A stretch of DNA of 64,000 bases from Gemmatales bacterium (GTDB lineage Bacteria; Planctomycetota; Planctomycetia; Gemmatales; HRBIN36). A program made the position numbers and the translations under genes. The notes under the pieces are model-generated. The model was not told the DNA's origin. It did not search any database and worked only from the letters and a program-made list of their open reading frames with translations. Where the stretch lies: positions 32,001 to 96,000 of the forward strand of contig JBEPZY010000005.1 in the NCBI GenBank assembly GCA_041640595.1. The letters run 5' to 3'. Of this stretch, positions 59,293 to 64,000 are shown piece by piece (the first letter of the stretch is position 1; every line of letters starts with the position of its first letter).

Positions 59293-59883
59293 TCATCGGG
59301 CGGATTCTTCGCTGGTCGGAATTTGACCGCCGGCGGCCAGTGGTGAATCCACCGGCCGACGCGAGGCATTCACCGTCTCAGGCAATTCCAGTGAGCCGAC
59401 GGTCAGGTGCACGCTCCTGGCTTCTGCCTGGCGCGACCACGCGCGCAGCACCAGTTCATCCATCTCGTGTTGCTCGAAAATACGCTGCTCGCGGCGAAAT
59501 GCTTGCCAGGCTTGCTCACGAAGCCAGTTCAATGCCTCGACCTTTCGCGTGATCTCCAGCCGCCGCTGATCGCTCTGCTGCCAGGCCTGGCGGTGAAGCT
59601 CCTCCTGCTGGCGTGCCAGTTTGAGGATTTGATCCAGGACGACCAGGTGCTCGGCCAGCAGGAACCAGTACTGTTCCGCAGCGATGGCGTCGGCAGATGG
59701 TGCGGAGGTCAGGCGCGAACTGGCCGAATGGCTGATTTCCTGGGCGTGCGCTTGCAGAGCCTGCAATTGCTCGCGCATCGCTGACCAACGCCGGTAGGCT
59801 TGTGCCTGTTCCTGTTCGGCCAGACGCTGACGCAGCCGCTGAAGACGCAGCAAGGTTTCCAGACGAAAGCGAAAGCGTTTCAT
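59293..59883 (-). CDS. fliJ: Flagellar export protein FliJ
   Basis: FRFRLETLLRL, coiled coil, EQHEMDE; follows fliI. Confidence 0.82.
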   Translation of the reverse strand: MKRFRFRLETLLRLQRLRQRLAEQEQAQAYRRWSAMREQLQALQAHAQEISHSASSRLTSAPSADAIAAEQYWFLLAEHLVVLDQILKLARQQEELHRQAWQQSDQRRLEITRKVEALNWLREQAWQAFRREQRIFEQHEMDELVLRAWSRQAEARSVHLTVGSLELPETVNASRRPVDSPLAAGGQIPTSEESAR

Positions 59884-59960
59884 CCCGGCTCCGGTTGTGT
59901 CCGAGCAGTTTTCCAGATGCGGAGGGTTTCTGGTCGCTCAGCGGAGAGCGGCCGTTATTA

Positions 59961-60108
59961 TCAGTGGCCAGTGACCAGTGGTCGGTGATCGGTGGCCAGT
60001 GGTCGGTGTCGGGTGGCCAGTGGTTGGTGACCAGTGACCAGTGGTCGGTGGCCGGTGATCAGCATCCCGTGATCGGTGGTGAGTAATCAGGGGCCGGTCG
60101 TCGGTCAG
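59961..60108. repeat. Heptamer tandem array between fliI and fliJ
   Basis: cagtggccagtgaccagtggtcggtgatcggtggccagtggtcggtg... Confidence 0.85.
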
Positions 60109-60291
60109 CGGCACGGCAAATCGGTTGGGCGGCAGGTCAAGCTGAGCACCGGATGGCGACCGTTGCTGGAGCTCCAGGAAGCGCTGGCGAAGCGACCGGT
60201 GCACATTGGCTCAAGCGAGACATCAAGCGCTGCCCCACCGGCTCGGGGAAGCGGTGCACCTCCCTTGGCGAAGCGACCGGCGCAGAGGCGT

Positions 60292-61650
60292 TCAAGCGGT
60301 GACCGTTGCGGTTTGGCCAGGATTTGCACTCCAGGCAGCCGCGAGCCTTTGTAAAGCGGTTCGAGTTTCGGTGAAACTGGAGCGTTCGCCGAGGTTTTGC
60401 CGCAAAAATTGCCACAAAGCCGGTTGCAATTCCAGAGCCCGATCCACCTGGGGATTGCTCCCCCGCACGTAAGCACCGATGCGCACCAGGTCTTCCACCT
60501 CAGCGAGCGTGGCGATCATCGCCCGCACTTGCTGAGCGGCTTGCGCGTGACTGGGTTCCATGACTTCACGAGCAACACGGCTAATGCTGCGGCTGATGTC
60601 AATGGCGGGATAATGCCCTTTTTCGGCCAGCCGGCGATCGAGCACAATGTGCCCGTCGAGAATCGCCCGGCAGGCATCGGCAATCGGTTCCTCCATTTCG
60701 TCGCCTTCGACGAGGACGGTCAACAGAGCGGTGATACTTCCCCGCTCGGCTGGGCCCAATCGTTCCAGCGTCGCTGCCAGTAGCTGAAACACCGATGGTG
60801 TGTAACCGCGACTGCTGGGTGGTTCGCCGAGGGCCAGTCCCAGTTCGCGCTGCGCCATGGCCAGGCGAGTCAGACTGTCCAGCAGAAGCAGCACCTGCTG
60901 ACCCTGCTGGCGAAACTCCTCGGCCACACTGACAGCTGCGAGAGCGGCATGGACTCGCATCAGCGGAGTCTGATCACTGGTAGCCACGAAAACCACACTG
61001 CGTTGCAATCCGGCAGCCAGATTGTCTTCGAGGAAGGCCCGCACCTCGCGGCCACGCTCACCGATGAGCGCCACGACCACCACATCGGCTTCTGCACCAC
61101 GGGCAATTTCGCCCAGCAGCGTGCTTTTGCCCACACCGCTACCAGCAAAAATGCCCACGCGCTGCCCCTGACCGAGCGTGAGCAGTCCATCAATAGCCCG
61201 CTGGCCCGTAACAAACGGACGGCGAATGCGAGAGCGCGCCAGTGGTGATGGAGCGGTACCGTTTCCTACGGGGATTAACTTGCCAGCGGGGGGTGGTTGG
61301 CCATCGAGCGGACGGCCCAGTCCGTCCAGCACCCGCCCTAATAAAGCTGGCCCAAAAGCAATCCGCAAACTGCCGCCGCCATGCCTCACCTCTGTTCCGG
61401 GAGCCAGGGCGGTCACGGCTTCAAAAGGTGCCAGGATGGCCGTCGTCTCCCGAAAACCAATCACCTGGGCCGGAACCAGGCGATGTTCGTCGGCGACAAT
61501 CACGCAGTAATCGCCGACCGCTGCCGGTAGCCGACAGGTAAGCACGCTCCCCTGGACGCTTTGTAAGCGTCCCACCAGGGTCGGCGTCCAGGCTTGCCGT
61601 AACGCCTGCCGCCATTCAGCCAGTCGTGCCGGGTTCCACCGCATCGGCAT
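60292..61650 (-). CDS. fliI: Flagellar export ATPase FliI
   Basis: GQRVGIFAGSGVGKST, LIGERGREV, DSLTR, GEPP..RGY, ILDGHIVL, YPAID. Confidence 0.95.
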   Translation of the reverse strand: MPMRWNPARLAEWRQALRQAWTPTLVGRLQSVQGSVLTCRLPAAVGDYCVIVADEHRLVPAQVIGFRETTAILAPFEAVTALAPGTEVRHGGGSLRIAFGPALLGRVLDGLGRPLDGQPPPAGKLIPVGNGTAPSPLARSRIRRPFVTGQRAIDGLLTLGQGQRVGIFAGSGVGKSTLLGEIARGAEADVVVVALIGERGREVRAFLEDNLAAGLQRSVVFVATSDQTPLMRVHAALAAVSVAEEFRQQGQQVLLLLDSLTRLAMAQRELGLALGEPPSSRGYTPSVFQLLAATLERLGPAERGSITALLTVLVEGDEMEEPIADACRAILDGHIVLDRRLAEKGHYPAIDISRSISRVAREVMEPSHAQAAQQVRAMIATLAEVEDLVRIGAYVRGSNPQVDRALELQPALWQFLRQNLGERSSFTETRTALQRLAAAWSANPGQTATVTA

Positions 61651-62248
61651 CTATGCGCTGTTGTAAAGCCTGCCGCAGTGCAGCCAGGCGTTCCTGCCAT
61701 TGCCACCAGACGGCCAGCTCTTGCCATTGGGCTCGATATTCACCGCGTCGCAATCGGCTATCGGGGACGAGATGCCAGCCGGCCACCATCTGCCGCAATG
61801 CTTCGGGTGCCTGTTTCTGCCACCATTCGTGATCTGCCGGATGCAATGCCAGCGTGATTCCTTCCTTTTGACTCAGTAAAGCGGTGAGTTCCTGGATTCG
61901 GCGTTGCCAGACCTCGACGGGGATGGGCACCGCCGGGCCCAGGGTCTCCTCCCACACCAGGCAGGCCAGTTCCAGTGCCAGTCGCGGCAAGGCCTGACGC
62001 AACTCCTGCAGTTGCTCCTGCCATTGCTGCCAGGTCTTCTGCAGGGCCGATTGCCAGCGGACGATCTGATCGAGCCTGTCGTCTGATGGTGCGTTCGATG
62101 GTGCTGCCGGTGCTGGTGTGGGAGTCGGTTCGGGCAGCGGTGTTGCCTCCGATTTTTCCGAAGCTAATTCCACCCGCAGCAGACGACGAGGCAAGCGGAG
62201 GAGATATTCACGCGCCATGCTTTCCATCCGGTGTCCTGCGGCGGTCAC
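61616..62248 (-). CDS. fliH: Flagellar assembly protein FliH
   Basis: LHPAD...VPDSRLRRGE motif; lies between fliG and fliI. Start uncertain. Confidence 0.75.
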   Translation of the reverse strand: MTAAGHRMESMAREYLLRLPRRLLRVELASEKSEATPLPEPTPTPAPAAPSNAPSDDRLDQIVRWQSALQKTWQQWQEQLQELRQALPRLALELACLVWEETLGPAVPIPVEVWQRRIQELTALLSQKEGITLALHPADHEWWQKQAPEALRQMVAGWHLVPDSRLRRGEYRAQWQELAVWWQWQERLAALRQALQQRIDADAVEPGTTG

Positions 62249-63237
62249 TCCGTTTCAAAGGTCAATTCCCCGGCAAGATCGAGCCGTTGTATGGCATCCG
62301 TCAATTGTTTCTGGGCCTCTTGCAATTGTGCCTGGGTGGCGTCGGTGAGGAATTCCATTTCTTCGTCCAGCGCTTCCCTGGCACGGCGGGAAAGGTTTTT
62401 GCGTACCTTCTCGCGTATTGCTTCGGAAGCCGCTTTCATAGCCAGTGCCAGGGTGCGTGAATCAATTTCGGTGAGCACGCGCTGCACCGAACGGTCTTGC
62501 AGGCGCAGCAAGTCTTCAATGCGATAGAGCATCTCTTTGACTCGCGCTGCCAGTGCCGGATCGGACTGTTCGAGTGCAGCCAGGACTTCCTTGCGGTCGC
62601 TGCGATCGAGTTGCCGCAACAGAGCCGCGGTGCGTTCCGCCTGGCGCTCGCTCAGGGCCAGGTCGGGATTTTCTGCGATGATCGCTACTTTGCGCAGAAG
62701 TGCCTGGACAATGCTGTGCAGGACTGCCGGCGGAGGGGGTTGCAGTTGGGCCAGGCGCAGGGAAGCCTCCCGACGCAATTCGGTCGGCAGTCGCCGCAAG
62801 ACTTCCGCCGCCTGCGTCTGTTGGAGATGGTGGAGAACAATGGCCACGATGCGCGGTTGTTCTTCGCGGAGAGCCGCCGCCAGAAACGCCGGTGAAACCT
62901 CGTTCAGCACCCGCCAGGCATCTGTCTGACCCTGTTCGGCTTGTTGCAAACGCTGCCGCAACTGAGCCAGGTTTTCGGCGGGCGCTGGCTTCTGGTCAAC
63001 TTCGTCGGTATGGGACGGACGGCTCACCTCGGCAGGCGGTTCGGCTTCGGCACGCAGCAGATTCTGAATTTCCTGCAGGGCTTGCTGGCGTAAAGCGGGC
63101 AAATCGCGTGAACCCGCAAGTTGCTGCATCGCCTGCCGCAACTGCGTTGCCTGCTCTGGACGCAGACGCTGAAGCACGTTTTCAGCGTCCGGTCCCAGGC
63201 TGGTCAGCAGTGCAGCAGCTTTGCTGAGCTGGCTCAT
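62245..63237 (-). CDS. fliG: Flagellar motor switch protein FliG
   Basis: KAAALL.SLG, EQPRIVA, MYRIEDL...DRSVQRVL, NLSRRA...LDEEME, EAQ. Confidence 0.92.
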   Translation of the reverse strand: MSQLSKAAALLTSLGPDAENVLQRLRPEQATQLRQAMQQLAGSRDLPALRQQALQEIQNLLRAEAEPPAEVSRPSHTDEVDQKPAPAENLAQLRQRLQQAEQGQTDAWRVLNEVSPAFLAAALREEQPRIVAIVLHHLQQTQAAEVLRRLPTELRREASLRLAQLQPPPPAVLHSIVQALLRKVAIIAENPDLALSERQAERTAALLRQLDRSDRKEVLAALEQSDPALAARVKEMLYRIEDLLRLQDRSVQRVLTEIDSRTLALAMKAASEAIREKVRKNLSRRAREALDEEMEFLTDATQAQLQEAQKQLTDAIQRLDLAGELTFETE

Positions 63238-63273
63238 AAAGCGTTCCTGTTCGCGCGATCAGTTCCCCGCAAG

Positions 63274-63372
63274 CAGTGACCAGTGGCCGGTGGTCAGTGA
63301 TCGGTGACCAGTAATGGGTGCCGGTTGGTATAGTGGGTCGCTGGTTGTTACTGATCGGAGCTCGGTGATTAG
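63274..63372. repeat. Heptamer tandem array between fliF and fliG
   Basis: cagtgaccagtggccggtggtcagtgatcggtgaccagt... Confidence 0.7.
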
Positions 63373-63551
63373 CGGGCGGACGGTGTTGTTGAGCGTGAAG
63401 CAATGGACACTGGTCGGCGTCTGTGTTTGTTGGTGCAGCGTGCAAGAAGATTGGCGGCTGAAAGTTTGCGCTGCCAGGATTCTGGTCGGCGTGTGTCTAT
63501 GGTGGCGAATCGTGCAAGGGTCAGGCTCGCTCAAATTTAGCATGAAAGGAA

Positions 63552-64000
63552 TCAAGCCGCAGCACGCATGGGTTGTTCAGCGGTGGTAGAACGAGTTGCC
63601 GCAGCTGCGGGCGGCTGAGTTGCCGGGCTCGCTGCCGCCGACTCCAACCAGCGGGCAATGATCCGGGCAAGCAGGTCGGGATTTTGCCGCGCCAGTTCGG
63701 CAAGCCCTTCGGTCTGGGTCTGCGGTTGTGGCAGGATTTGAGCGGTGCGGAAACTGCGCAGCAGCAGCCAGGCGAAAGCCAGACCGGTCAGGGCAGCGAT
63801 AGCGAGTGCTGCCTGCCTGGCCAGTGCCAGATAGCGCTCCCATCTGGTGGCCTCCAACAGTTCCGTGTCCAGGGCGGAAGTATCGGGCGGCTGCAAACGC
63901 ACCTCGCTCACCTTGATTTCGTCGCGTCCGGATTTGAAGCCCACCGCCTGCTTGACAATTTCCTGCACATCGGCCAGCTGAATGGGCGGTTTGCCGCTCG
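63552..64000 (-). CDS. fliF: Flagellar M-ring protein FliF, C-terminal part (5' end outside the window)
   Basis: IVKQAVGFKSGRDEI, TM segment, QNPDLLARIIARWL; frame open to the window edge; upstream of fliG. Confidence 0.85.
   Translation of the reverse strand, partial: SGKPPIQLADVQEIVKQAVGFKSGRDEIKVSEVRLQPPDTSALDTELLEATRWERYLALARQAALAIAALTGLAFAWLLLRSFRTAQILPQPQTQTEGLAELARQNPDLLARIIARWLESAAASPATQPPAAAATRSTTAEQPMRAAA

Noticed and set aside
60185..60299. TGGCGAAGCGACCGG repeated at an 81-bp offset after fliI
   Set aside because: Real but short, only two copies, and no functional handle.

Overview
GC-rich bacterial chromosomal window, most consistent with a planctomycete (PVC-type heme-binding protein, DUF3467-like protein, Tat-exported Gfo/Idh/MocA oxidoreductase, several prenyltransferase-repeat proteins). 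Left part: uvrC, rpsO-pnp, an orphan histidine kinase, a USP plus P-type ATPase pair, and a nitrate-assimilation operon behind a sigma54/NtrC-like promoter (NirB-N/NirA-type fusion nitrite reductase, nitrate reductase, FNT and NarK transporters). Middle: housekeeping and hydrolase genes (rfbD, Ski2-like helicase, hisI, S9 peptidase, nfo). Right: a coiled-coil NYN RNase gene between REP-like arrays, tRNA-Val(CAC) followed by several repeat tracts, two exported prenyltransferase-fold proteins, hisN, and a fliF-fliN flagellar block. The best candidate for an undescribed system is a visibly AT-richer six-gene minus-strand operon (48851-53570) that joins an ExbB/MotA-like plus ExbD-like proton-channel pair, a Pro-rich membrane protein, a membrane-anchored TRAFAC-like GTPase, a possible GAP1-N-like membrane partner and a small lipoprotein. 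Two intergenic repeat families are prominent: polarised BIME-like hairpin arrays and heptamer arrays. All calls come from motif recognition by eye; no searches were run, and start codons refined from the ORF track are estimates.
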